A DNA stretch of 62,755 bases, counting the filler. It is 8 parts of 8 records of this genome, joined end to end, with 100 filler letters (N's around TTAATTAATTAA, not from the genome) between each part and the next. Parts side by side here need not be neighbours in the genome. Positions count along the whole stretch, not along the records: positions 48,674 to 54,651 come from SRR20825006_1814; positions 54,752 to 62,755 come from SRR20825006_1816; 6 more parts are not named here. The stretch is one strand, 5' to 3'. Under the pieces are notes generated by a model. That model made no database searches. It saw nothing but the letters and a program-made list of their open reading frames with translations, and was not told the DNA's origin. How positions within the stretch are numbered: position 1 is the first letter of the stretch; every line of letters begins with the position of its first letter. Below, piece after piece: positions 48,675-58,062 of this stretch. Made by a program: the position numbers and the translations under genes.

Positions 48675-49634
48675 ATAGATAACCTTACTGCAACTATTGT
48701 ATTAATTACATTGTTAAGAAAACTTGTTTATAACCGAGACGAGCGTCTTTGGTTTGCAGGTATGGTTGTAATTGCTGCCAATGCTGGTGGTGCTTGGTCT
48801 CCTATTGGAGATGTTACAACAACTATGTTATGGATAGCAGATAAAGTTTCTGCTCTTGGTCTTATAGAGTATATCGTTATACCATCTATAATTTGTTTTG
48901 TAGTACCGTTTTTTATCGCTTCACTTCTTCCAGTATTCAAAGGAGATATTTATTTTGATGTTAATGAAGATAAGGAGGCAGAACGTTTATTAAGTAGTAA
49001 GACAATGTTGTTCTTAGGTTTAGGAGCAATTGTTTCTGTGCCTGTGTTTAAAACACTTACACACTTACCACCTTATATGGGAATGATGCTTGCTTTAGGT
49101 GTAGTTTGGTTGGTATCAGAATACATTCATCCGGAAGAAGACTTTACGCAAGAACGTAGAAAACAATATTCTGCGCACAAGGCATTAAGTAGGATTGAGA
49201 TTTCATCTATATTATTCTTCTTAGGAATACTTATGGCTGTAGCTGCTTTAGAGACTTTAGTTTATGGTACTATTGGCGGAGAAGAAGTAGGAACACTAAG
49301 ATATTTAGCAGAAGTACTACAAAGTGCTATACCAAATCAAGATGTTGTAGTAATGATGTTGGGTGTGTTCTCTGCAATTATAGATAACGTACCGTTAGTT
49401 GCAGCTTCAATGGGTATGTATACAGCACCAATGGATGCACAATTGTGGCACTTTATTGCTTACTCTGCAGGAACTGGTGGTAGTATGCTAATTATTGGTT
49501 CTGCTGCAGGTGTTGCAGCAATGGGAATGGAGAAAATTGATTTCATCTGGTACCTTAAGAAAATTGCTTGGTTAGCAGCTGTAGGTTTTGTAGCAGGTGC
49601 AATTGCATTCTTGTTTATTGAAAACTATTTCTAG
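48675..49634 (+). CDS. nhaD: Na+/H+ antiporter NhaD (5' truncated)
   Basis: IDNLTAT, ANAGGAWSPIGDVTT, SAIIDNVPLVAA, GSAAGV. Confidence 0.92.
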   Translation: MDNLTATIVLITLLRKLVYNRDERLWFAGMVVIAANAGGAWSPIGDVTTTMLWIADKVSALGLIEYIVIPSIICFVVPFFIASLLPVFKGDIYFDVNEDKEAERLLSSKTMLFLGLGAIVSVPVFKTLTHLPPYMGMMLALGVVWLVSEYIHPEEDFTQERRKQYSAHKALSRIEISSILFFLGILMAVAALETLVYGTIGGEEVGTLRYLAEVLQSAIPNQDVVVMMLGVFSAIIDNVPLVAASMGMYTAPMDAQLWHFIAYSAGTGGSMLIIGSAAGVAAMGMEKIDFIWYLKKIAWLAAVGFVAGAIAFLFIENYF

Positions 49635-49683
49635 ACAATTTTTAAACCCAATCTACGTTTACTAACAAACTGAATACATAACT

Positions 49684-50370
49684 ATGTCATATACATTTCA
49701 AGATGCAGCACAAGATTTAGAACCTGTTGCAGAAGAAAAAACACTTTCTCTACTAGACTTATTGTTTAGTGGAGGTATGGCAGGAAGTATTATAATAGGC
49801 GTTTTATTTGTCCTCTTATTTGCTGCTGTCTATATATACTTTGAACGTTTATTTGCAATTAAAGCAGCCTCTAAAACAGATAAAAATTTTATGCACCAAA
49901 TACGTGATAACGTTGCCGGTGGTAATATTGAAGCTGCTAAAATTAGATGTGCTCAAGAAAACTCTCCAGTAGCAAGATTAACAGCTAAAGGAATTTCGAG
50001 AATAGGAAGCCCTTTAGAAGATATTAATACAGCTATAGAAAATGCTGGAAGGCTTGAGGTTTACAAATTAGAAAAAAATGTAAGTGTTCTCGCAACTATT
50101 GCAGGAGCTGCACCTATGATTGGATTTTTAGGTACGGTAATAGGTATGGTTTTAGCATTTCACCAATTAGCAACTAGCAGTGGTCAAGCAGAAATGGGTA
50201 ACCTTGCAGAAGGAATTTATACCGCTATGACAACTACAGTAGCTGGTCTTATTGTTGGTATTATAGCATATATTGGATATAACCACTTAGTGGTAAAAAC
50301 AGATAAAGTTGTACACCAGATGGAAGCAACAGCTGTTGATTTCCTTGACCTGCTAAACGAACCTGCTTAA
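49684..50370 (+). CDS. exbB: MotA/TolQ/ExbB proton channel
   Basis: APMIGFLGTV.GM, AMTTTVAGL. Confidence 0.9.
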   Translation: MSYTFQDAAQDLEPVAEEKTLSLLDLLFSGGMAGSIIIGVLFVLLFAAVYIYFERLFAIKAASKTDKNFMHQIRDNVAGGNIEAAKIRCAQENSPVARLTAKGISRIGSPLEDINTAIENAGRLEVYKLEKNVSVLATIAGAAPMIGFLGTVIGMVLAFHQLATSSGQAEMGNLAEGIYTAMTTTVAGLIVGIIAYIGYNHLVVKTDKVVHQMEATAVDFLDLLNEPA

Positions 50371-50371
50371 T

Positions 50372-50770
50372 ATGAATTTACGCGGAAGAAATAAAGTAAG
50401 TCCAGAATTCAGTATGTCGTCTATGACAGATATTGTGTTCTTGCTATTAGTGTTCTTTTTATTAACCAGTCCACAGATAACACCAGAAGCTTTAGATTTA
50501 ATCTTGCCTAAAGCTAAAGGTAAAACTACAAACGTTCAGAATGTATCTGTAAGCATTAATAAGGAACTTCAAATTTATGTAGATAAGGAACGTGTTACTA
50601 CAAGTAACTTAGAACAAACCTTAAAATCTAGATTAAGTGGCGTAGAGGATCCTACAATTATATTAAGAGCAGAAGAAGGTGTGCCTATTGAAAAGGCAGT
50701 TAATGTTATGGATATTGCAAACCGAAACAAATACAAAATTGTTTTGGCTGTTAGACCAAATGAAAATTAG
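50372..50770 (+). CDS. exbD: ExbD/TolR
   Basis: MTDIVFLLLVFF, IILRAE. Confidence 0.92.
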   Translation: MNLRGRNKVSPEFSMSSMTDIVFLLLVFFLLTSPQITPEALDLILPKAKGKTTNVQNVSVSINKELQIYVDKERVTTSNLEQTLKSRLSGVEDPTIILRAEEGVPIEKAVNVMDIANRNKYKIVLAVRPNEN

Positions 50771-50781
50771 TTGAAAGACGT

Positions 50782-51648
50782 ATGAGCTTTATAGAAACAA
50801 AACATGAAAAGAAATCTTTGGCAATTACTGTCATAATTCATGTTGCGCTCATATTACTGTTATTATTTTTCGGGTTTACTTATCTAGATCCGCCACCAGA
50901 AAACGGTATAGCGGTTAATTTTGGAACGAGTAGTGTAGGTCAAGGAGATGTGCAACCTACAGGACCTGTAAAATCTGCCCCTAAAAACACGTCACAACCA
51001 ACACCGCCAGAGCCTCAGCAAAAAACTCCAGAAATTAAGGAAGAAGTTGTAACTCAAGATAACTCAGATGCTCCAGTAATTGATAAAACTGAAGATAAGA
51101 AAGAGGTTAAGAAAGTTGAGAAGCCGGTAGAAAAACCAAAAAAACAAACTCCAGTTGAAAAACCTGTAGAAAAGGTAGAACCAGTTAAGAAACCAGATCC
51201 AAAGCCAGATAAGTCTACTACAGATGCATTAAGTAGTATCTTAAATGGACCTAAGAAAGATGGTACTCAAAATGGAGGAGAAGGTAATGACAATCAAGCT
51301 GGAGATAAAGGCGATCCTAATGGAGACCCTAATGCTAAATCTTATTATGGCAATGGTAAGGGTTTAGATGGTGATGGTAATTATAGGTTAGGTGGTCGAA
51401 AAGCCTTAAATAAGAAAAAATTTGTTCAAGATTGTAATGAGTCTGGTATTGTTGTAGTTAAGATTGAAGTAGATAGAAACGGTAATGTTATAAAAGCAAC
51501 GCCAGGTGTAAAAGGAACTACAAACAGTGCTTCTTGCCTAACAGAGCCTGCTAAACGTGCTGCGCTTGCAACGCGTTTTAATAGCGATAATAAAGCACCT
51601 ACTACTCAGGTAGGAACTATTATTTATGAGTTTAAGCTAAGTGAGTAA
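50782..51648 (+). CDS. TonB/TolA-like energy transducer
   Basis: N-terminal TM, Pro/Lys/Glu-rich linker, C-terminal VVVKIEVDRNGNV domain. Confidence 0.85.
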   Translation: MSFIETKHEKKSLAITVIIHVALILLLLFFGFTYLDPPPENGIAVNFGTSSVGQGDVQPTGPVKSAPKNTSQPTPPEPQQKTPEIKEEVVTQDNSDAPVIDKTEDKKEVKKVEKPVEKPKKQTPVEKPVEKVEPVKKPDPKPDKSTTDALSSILNGPKKDGTQNGGEGNDNQAGDKGDPNGDPNAKSYYGNGKGLDGDGNYRLGGRKALNKKKFVQDCNESGIVVVKIEVDRNGNVIKATPGVKGTTNSASCLTEPAKRAALATRFNSDNKAPTTQVGTIIYEFKLSE

Positions 51649-51740
51649 ATAACTACTGTTTTTTAGTTGATCAAATTTAATTCTTTAATATTTTTCTTTC
51701 AATTTTAAGTGTTTAAAGTGGTTGGTAATTAGTCGCGTTT

Positions 51741-51748
51741 TATCTTTG
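51741..51748 (+). promoter_or_regulatory. Bacteroidota -7 promoter element for the mbnPH operon
   Basis: TATCTTTG 16 nt before GTG 51765. Confidence 0.55.
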
Positions 51749-51764
51749 CAAAAATCACATTTAG

Positions 51765-52151
51765 GTGCGCAATAAAGCATTTGTTTTTATCCTCTTTTTA
51801 TGCTTTGCTATTAAGCCGATGTATTATATGGGTCAGTACTCATATTATCAGCTTAATATAGATTATATTATTGAAACCTATTGTGTAAATAAAGACAAGC
51901 CAGTATTACAATGTAATGGTAAATGTCATCTCTCTAAACAACTTGATTTAGCATCAACAACAGATTCAGAGTCTAATGAAGGTGCCATCAATTTAGTTTC
52001 AGAGTCTTTTTTTCCAGTCTACTTTCAATCCAATGACAATGTAACTTTTAATGATTCTAATTTTTCATTTAAAAGTACTTTTAATCATTATTATTTAAAC
52101 AGATACATCTTCGAAAACAAAAAGAGACTGTTTAGACCTCCAATTTCATAA
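51765..52151 (+). CDS. Small exported Cys-rich protein with C-terminal FRPP; candidate arrest/leader peptide
   Basis: Hydrophobic N-terminus, CVNKDKPVLQCNGKCH, ends RLFRPPIS*. Confidence 0.75.
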   Translation: MRNKAFVFILFLCFAIKPMYYMGQYSYYQLNIDYIIETYCVNKDKPVLQCNGKCHLSKQLDLASTTDSESNEGAINLVSESFFPVYFQSNDNVTFNDSNFSFKSTFNHYYLNRYIFENKKRLFRPPIS

Positions 52152-52227
52152 GTTTTAAAATACAACTGTAATTTACAAGGCTTTGGGCGCTTGCCATTAA
52201 TAGTGCCTTTATTTTAAAACTAAACAC

Positions 52228-53025
52228 ATGAAAAATTTAAAAATAGCATTACTCCTAATGCTAAGTATCTCTATTATATCTTGTTCTGATGACGATGATT
52301 CCTCAGAAAATCTTTCAGGACAAACAGGAAATTTAATTATAAAATTTGATAACGGTTATGGCGATCAAGATTTCATTTTTGGTACAGAATACCAAAAATC
52401 TAATGATGAGTCTTTTAAATTAGAAACGCTAAAATACATAGTAAGTAACATAAGCTTAGAACATGAAATAGGTAATGTTTACGAATACCCATTTAACGAA
52501 AATATTTTTATTGTAGATGAAGCAAATGCAAATGCAGCTGGTGAAATTTGGATTATGTTAGAAGATATTCCTGCAGCAAATTACACAAATGTATCATTTG
52601 GGGTTGGTGTAGATCAAGATCGTTATGCAATGGGTGCAGAAGGGCAAGGTGAATTTTTAGAAACTGCAGATGAAGCTGGTATGCTTTGGTCTTGGGCAAC
52701 AGGATTTAAATTTATAAGAATGGATGGCTCATTTTCTTCAAGTTCTGTTACAAATGATGATTTAAATGTTCATATGGGTAGCGTTGGTACATCTTTAGAT
52801 AACTATAGAGCAGTGTCTTTATATTTTCCTAATACTGTATTGGTAAGAACAGAGACGCAACCAGAAATTCACATAAAGTCTGACATTTCTAAAGTGTTTG
52901 ATGGTTCTACTTCTGTTAATTTAATGGATGGTTATAATCAAGTTCACGTAGATCCAGAAACAACTGCTGTAGTTGCCAATAACATCATGACGATGTTTGA
53001 GGTGCATCACGTTCATAATAATTAA
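52228..53025 (+). CDS. mbnP: MbnP-family copper-binding lipoprotein
   Basis: Lipobox IISC; LKYIVSNI, FGVGVD, MLWSWATGFKF (WxW), VHMG. Confidence 0.82.
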   Translation: MKNLKIALLLMLSISIISCSDDDDSSENLSGQTGNLIIKFDNGYGDQDFIFGTEYQKSNDESFKLETLKYIVSNISLEHEIGNVYEYPFNENIFIVDEANANAAGEIWIMLEDIPAANYTNVSFGVGVDQDRYAMGAEGQGEFLETADEAGMLWSWATGFKFIRMDGSFSSSSVTNDDLNVHMGSVGTSLDNYRAVSLYFPNTVLVRTETQPEIHIKSDISKVFDGSTSVNLMDGYNQVHVDPETTAVVANNIMTMFEVHHVHNN

Positions 53026-53181
53026 TACTGTATTGTTTGTGTAGCTAAATAATTTTTTGATTTAAGCTACTTCACTTTTTAGTAATGGTAATGCTGTGCG
53101 TATTTATTTAAGTACAGCGTTGCCAAATTATAAATTTACTTGAATGTGAAACAAGTTATATGGAACAAAATAGTTTATGTT

Positions 53182-54222
53182 ATGAAGTATTTATGTATGC
53201 TAATTATAGTTCTGCTATTTTCATCTTGTGCTAAAGATGATACTATAGAATATAGTCCTACACCAATAAATTTAGAAATACCATCTAATTTTCCGCCATT
53301 AGTTTATGCTATTGAAAATAATCCTTTAACAGAAGAAGGTTTTCAGTTAGGGAAGTCTTTGTTTTATGAAGGAAAATTGTCGTCAAACAATTCTATTCCG
53401 TGTGCATTTTGTCACGAACAAGCATTTGCATTTACTCATCACGGCCACAATGTTAGTCATGGTGTAGATGGCGGTATTGGAATAAGAAACTCTCAGCCTA
53501 TTCAAAACTTAGCATTTCAATCTGAATTTACCTGGGATGGTGCAGCTACTCATTTAGATTTACAACCTATAATACCTATTACCAGTGAGGTTGAAATGAA
53601 TGAAAGCTTAAGCAATGTTGTTGAAAAACTAAAAGCAGACGCTTATTACAGGTCTGCTTTTGCCTTGGCTTTTGAAGAAGGAGAGATCAATGGAGAAAAT
53701 TTGCTTAAAGCACTATCGCAATTCATGGTGATGATGGTTTCAACCAACTCTAAGTATGATAGGATGATACGACAAGAAGGTAACGATAACTTTTCAGTTT
53801 TAGAAAATGATGGCCTGGTAACGTTCCAACAAAAATGCACTTCTTGTCACGCTACAGATTTATTTACAGACCAATCATACAGAAATAATGGGCTTTCGGT
53901 AAATCCACAAGTAGATGATAAAGGCAGGTATAACGTTTTTCAAAACCCAGATGATCTGTATAAGTTTAAAGTTCCTAGTTTAAGAAATGTGGAGCATTCT
54001 TTTCCTTATATGCACGACGGTCGTTTTGAAACTTTAGAAGCTGTTGTAAATTTTTATGATAATGGCCTTACAGATAACGGCAATGTAGATCCTTTGTTAG
54101 TTTCTGAAAATGGCAGTTTGGGAATACCACTTACAGATTACGAAAAGCAAAGTTTAGTAGCTTTTTTAAAAACACTTACAGATAATGAATTTTTACAAAA
54201 TGAAAGATTTTCAGATTTCTAA
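53182..54222 (+). CDS. mbnH: MbnH-like di-heme cytochrome c peroxidase/MauG family lipoprotein
   Basis: CAFCH and CTSCH, LGKSLFYE, WDG, FKVPSLRNV..PYMHDGRF; directly follows mbnP. Confidence 0.85.
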   Translation: MKYLCMLIIVLLFSSCAKDDTIEYSPTPINLEIPSNFPPLVYAIENNPLTEEGFQLGKSLFYEGKLSSNNSIPCAFCHEQAFAFTHHGHNVSHGVDGGIGIRNSQPIQNLAFQSEFTWDGAATHLDLQPIIPITSEVEMNESLSNVVEKLKADAYYRSAFALAFEEGEINGENLLKALSQFMVMMVSTNSKYDRMIRQEGNDNFSVLENDGLVTFQQKCTSCHATDLFTDQSYRNNGLSVNPQVDDKGRYNVFQNPDDLYKFKVPSLRNVEHSFPYMHDGRFETLEAVVNFYDNGLTDNGNVDPLLVSENGSLGIPLTDYEKQSLVAFLKTLTDNEFLQNERFSDF

Positions 54223-54651
54223 AATATCAATACTACTTTTAGTTTTTACTCTAAGTATTGTAACTCAACTCAGTGCTAAAGAATTATGTAAAGGCAGAAA
54301 AACGACTATTCCGAAATTTGGATTAACACTACTAGAAGAAGACTGCGATTTATGTGGGTGTACCACTAGTAGTGGTAGTTCTGCATTTGGAGATTTAAGT
54401 ATGTCTAATTTTATTGGTGTGAGATACATTTATCAGCAATACGAATCTCGCAATGGTATATTTGAAAACTCGCCAACTAGTGACGAGCATTTTAATACGT
54501 ATCAAATTTGGGGTAGGGTGCCAATTAGTAAAAATATATTTTTAAATGCTGTGATACCGTATCAATATTTAAGACGAAATTTTGATGATAGAAGCGAGCA
54601 CTTAAATGGTTTAGGAGATGTGAATATTACAGGATTTTACCAATTTAAATT
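54200..54651 (+). CDS. Putative outer-membrane beta-barrel/transporter with CDLCGC motif (3' truncated)
   Basis: Signal peptide, CDLCGC, GLGDV; overlaps mbnH stop. Confidence 0.65.
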
Positions 54652-54752
54652 NNNNNNNNNNNNNNNNNNNNNNNNNNNNNNNNNNNNNNNNNNNNTTAAT
54701 TAATTAANNNNNNNNNNNNNNNNNNNNNNNNNNNNNNNNNNNNNNNNNNNNG

Positions 54753-55598
54753 GCGATGGTGCTTGGCTATGGCGATCAGGTCGGTTACGAGACGCTGGTC
54801 AACAAGGTGGTGCGCAAGAATATCGATAAATCGATGCGCTTTACCGACTGGTCGCACCGCCCGCTTTCAACCAAGCAGCTCAGCTATGCGCTGTCGGATG
54901 TGACGCATCTTCGCGTGATTTACGAAGCCTTCCACGAACGCCTCGAAGCCAATGGCCGGGCCTATTGGCTGGCCGAGGAAATGGAACGCCTGACCGATCC
55001 GTCGATCTATACGATTGATCCCAAGGAAGCCTGGCTTCGGCTTAAAACCCGCTCCAACAGCCCGAAATTCCTGGCGGTGGCGCGCGCGCTTGGCGAATGG
55101 CGCGAGACCGAGGCACAACGCAAGAACCTGCCGCGTAACCGTGTTCTGCGCGATGATACGCTGCTTGATATCGCCGCCCGGCATCCATTGACCGACAAGG
55201 ATCTCGACAAGACCCGTGGTGTTGGCCGCAATTTCGGCAGCAGCAAACCCGGTCAGGCGATCATCGAAGCCATTCAGGCCGCGCTTGACAGCCCGCAGGA
55301 AGATTGGCCACAACCAAAATTCCGCCCCGACCTTCCATCGGGCATCGGCCCGACGGTGGAGCTGCTCAAGGTGCTGCTCAAACTCTGTTCCGAGGAAAAG
55401 GGCGTCGCCCAGCGGCTGGTGGCATCCAGCGACGATTTGCAGAATATCGCGGCTGATGACAATGCCGACGTCCCGGCGATGCATGGCTGGCGGCGCGAAT
55501 TGTTCGGGCAATATGCCCTGCAACTCAAACACGGACAGATCGGGCTCAAGCTCAAGAACGGCGAAGTTGTGTTTGTCGAACTTGACGCCGAGGACTAA
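54753..55598 (+). CDS. rnd: Ribonuclease D (5' truncated)
   Basis: TDWSHRPLS..QLSYALSDV, HRDC-like WRETEAQRKNLPR, GWRRELFG. Confidence 0.94.
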   Translation, partial: AMVLGYGDQVGYETLVNKVVRKNIDKSMRFTDWSHRPLSTKQLSYALSDVTHLRVIYEAFHERLEANGRAYWLAEEMERLTDPSIYTIDPKEAWLRLKTRSNSPKFLAVARALGEWRETEAQRKNLPRNRVLRDDTLLDIAARHPLTDKDLDKTRGVGRNFGSSKPGQAIIEAIQAALDSPQEDWPQPKFRPDLPSGIGPTVELLKVLLKLCSEEKGVAQRLVASSDDLQNIAADDNADVPAMHGWRRELFGQYALQLKHGQIGLKLKNGEVVFVELDAED

Positions 55599-55620
55599 AT
55601 CCTTTCACCCAATCGAAGAC

Positions 55621-55655
55621 ATGAAAAAACGGGCCAAAGTCGGCCCGTTTTTCAT
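55621..55655. terminator. Bidirectional intrinsic terminator
   Basis: ATGAAAAAACGGGCC-AAAGTC-GGCCCGTTTTTCAT. Confidence 0.8.
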
Positions 55656-55696
55656 TTTTGCAACAGGGGAGGAAGCCCGGTTTTAGAACCCCGGTT

Positions 55697-56158
55697 TTAG
55701 AACATCGTGTTGTCATGCGCCTGTTCGGCCGGGACCGGCTGGGCGACGTCCCAGTGTTCGATGATCTTGCCGGCATCATCAAGGCGGAAGATATCCATTA
55801 CCGCACTTTCGCCTTCTGCCGAAAGGGACCTGACATGGGTAACCACCAGATTGCCCTCGGCGACAGTACGGACGATTTCGGCATGGATCGACGCATCAGA
55901 ATTCAGCCAGCCGGTAATGCCATCGCGGAAGCCGTCAATGCCATCGGCAACAAACGGGTTATGCTGGATATATTCATCGCCGATATATTTCGTGATCGCG
56001 CCGTCAACATCGCGCTGATTGAAAACCATGTCATAAAACGCGACGACATTGGCGGTGTTGCGGTCTTCGACCTCGCCCGCATGGGCGGGCAAGGCGAAGC
56101 CGATGGCAACCAAGGTGACGATCAGGCTGGCAGCAAGGATTGTTTTGGCGCGGCTCAT
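55697..56158 (-). CDS. SnoaL/NTF2-like protein with signal peptide
   Basis: YIQHNP.VADG, AEGNLVVTH, DIFRL...IIEHWD. Confidence 0.88.
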   Translation of the reverse strand: MSRAKTILAASLIVTLVAIGFALPAHAGEVEDRNTANVVAFYDMVFNQRDVDGAITKYIGDEYIQHNPFVADGIDGFRDGITGWLNSDASIHAEIVRTVAEGNLVVTHVRSLSAEGESAVMDIFRLDDAGKIIEHWDVAQPVPAEQAHDNTMF

Positions 56159-57015
56159 TTAAGCGCCTCTTTCAGAAAGTCCGCGGTGCTTTGCGGTGCG
56201 CGGCCAACAACCTTGGCGAAATCATCGCTGGTCTGTTCATAATCGCCATTGCGTGTGCCGACATACATGCCGGTCAGGGCGTCGACCAGATGATCGGGCA
56301 GGCCAAAGCTTGCCAGAATGCCGGTATGGACCTCGGGCGGCAGATCGACATAACGGATATCCTTGCCGGTTGCGTTGGCAATGATGGCGGCGATATCGGC
56401 AAAGCCGATGGGTGTGCCGGAAAGCTCGTAGGTCTGATTGACGTGATCGGCCGGGTTGGCAAGGACGGCAGCGGCGGCTTCGGCAAGGTCGTTACGCGGA
56501 ATATAGCTGACCTTGCCATTGCCGGCCGGGGCACCGAAATCGCCGGTTTCAAGCGCATGCGGCACGCCTGCCATCAGAAGGTCGGTATAGAAGCTGTTGC
56601 GAAGCAAGGTGAAGGACAGGCCGCTTGCCTTGATGTAGCTTTCGGTGTCGGCATGGATCGAGGCATAGGTAAACGGGCTTTCAGGGCGCGCATCGATAAA
56701 GCTGGTATAGACCAGATGGCTGACACCGGCTGCTTTGGCGGCATCAACGGCGGTACGGTGCTGTTTGATGCGGGTTTCAACATCGGTTTCACCCGAAATG
56801 ATCAGCGCGATATCAATGCCTTTGAACGCATTGGTCATCAGGGCAAGATCATCAAAATCGCCATGGCGGACATCAACGCCCCTGGCCGCAATGTCCTCTG
56901 CCTTGGCAACATCACGTACACTTACGGCGATCTGATCAGCAGAAACACGGCTCAGCAGATGTTTGACGACAAGGCTTCCGAGCTGGCCGGTTGCGCCGGT
57001 AACAAGGATTTTCAT
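56155..57015 (-). CDS. NmrA/QorB-like atypical SDR oxidoreductase
   Basis: ILVTGATGQLG, AAKAAGVSHLVYTS, LRNSFY. Confidence 0.9.
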   Translation of the reverse strand: MKILVTGATGQLGSLVVKHLLSRVSADQIAVSVRDVAKAEDIAARGVDVRHGDFDDLALMTNAFKGIDIALIISGETDVETRIKQHRTAVDAAKAAGVSHLVYTSFIDARPESPFTYASIHADTESYIKASGLSFTLLRNSFYTDLLMAGVPHALETGDFGAPAGNGKVSYIPRNDLAEAAAAVLANPADHVNQTYELSGTPIGFADIAAIIANATGKDIRYVDLPPEVHTGILASFGLPDHLVDALTGMYVGTRNGDYEQTSDDFAKVVGRAPQSTADFLKEALK

Positions 57016-57120
57016 GGTTTCATTCTCCGGTAATCGGGGGTGGGCATTGGCCCGTCAATGGAATGAAACTGCACCTGATTTCCCATATGATCAATTCGAT
57101 CAAGGTGATAGTATTCATGT

Positions 57121-58035
57121 ATGAATATCGATGAATTAGACCTTGATTATCGTTTGCTGCGGCTTTTCCTGACCATCTATGACGAGGGATCAGTAACAGC
57201 CGCCGCCAACCGCCTTGGCGTCGGGCAACCGACCGTCAGCCACGGGCTCGACCGGTTGCGCCAGATTGTCGGCGATCCGCTTTTTGTCCGGTCAGGCCGG
57301 GGGATCACGCCAACCGCCCATGCCGATGAAATGGCCGGGCGGGTGCGCATCCTGTTGCAGGATTTGCGCAACCTTGCCCGCGTTGATGCCTTTGATCCGA
57401 ACGATCCGAACCAATCCGCGCGCTTTGTGATCGGCACCAATGATTACGAGGTCGCGGTGATCATGCCCGAACTGTTTCGCATCATTCGCGGTTATGCCGC
57501 CGATATCCGGCTTCGGATTTTACCGATCCATGGTGATGTAAACGTGATTGACCGGCTGCGTAGCGGTCAGCTTGATCTGGCGATTGGCCTGCATATGACT
57601 GAAAATGTTGGCGATATCGCGCAACAGACCCTGTTTCGCGAACATATGGCGTGCTTTTATGATGCCGATTGCCATGATGTGCCACCCGATACGCTCGATC
57701 AATATTGCGCCGTGCCCCATGCGCGCGTGATCATCGGCAACAACGAGCATTCGGCGGTGGACGAGATGCTCGATGCCTGCGGACGCAAACGCCGCACGGT
57801 TTTGCAGGCATCGACCTTTGCCAGCATCGCCAGCCTGATCCGCGGGACGGACGTGATCGCATCGCTGCCCTCGCGGCTTGAACGCGATGTCATGACGGGC
57901 TTTGCCAAATGCACCTTCCCGCTTGATTTCCCTGAATACAGCTTCGCCCAGTCCTGGCATGTGCGCAACGCGGCAAGCGCCCCGCATAAATGGCTGCGGG
58001 GCGAGATTTTCAGGGTGACGAAGCGATTATCCTGA
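57121..58035 (+). CDS. LysR family regulator
   Basis: GSVTAAANRLGVGQPTVSHGLDRLR, DPLFVR; divergent from the SDR gene. Confidence 0.93.
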   Translation: MNIDELDLDYRLLRLFLTIYDEGSVTAAANRLGVGQPTVSHGLDRLRQIVGDPLFVRSGRGITPTAHADEMAGRVRILLQDLRNLARVDAFDPNDPNQSARFVIGTNDYEVAVIMPELFRIIRGYAADIRLRILPIHGDVNVIDRLRSGQLDLAIGLHMTENVGDIAQQTLFREHMACFYDADCHDVPPDTLDQYCAVPHARVIIGNNEHSAVDEMLDACGRKRRTVLQASTFASIASLIRGTDVIASLPSRLERDVMTGFAKCTFPLDFPEYSFAQSWHVRNAASAPHKWLRGEIFRVTKRLS

Positions 58036-58062
58036 ATGTATACGTCAGGCTTAATATCGATT

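Noticed and set aside
51090-51210. VEKP/KKP repeats in the TonB-like gene
   Set aside because: Ordinary low-complexity periplasm-spanning linker.
52228-54222. Methanobactin biosynthesis cluster
   Set aside because: No mbnA/B/C is visible, and mbnPH pairs commonly occur without methanobactin synthesis.
17360-54751. Recurring TTAATTAATTAA within N runs as a biological repeat, and gene neighbourhoods across these gaps
   Set aside because: Artificial linkers. Genes on either side come from different organisms, so no cross-gap operon can be inferred.
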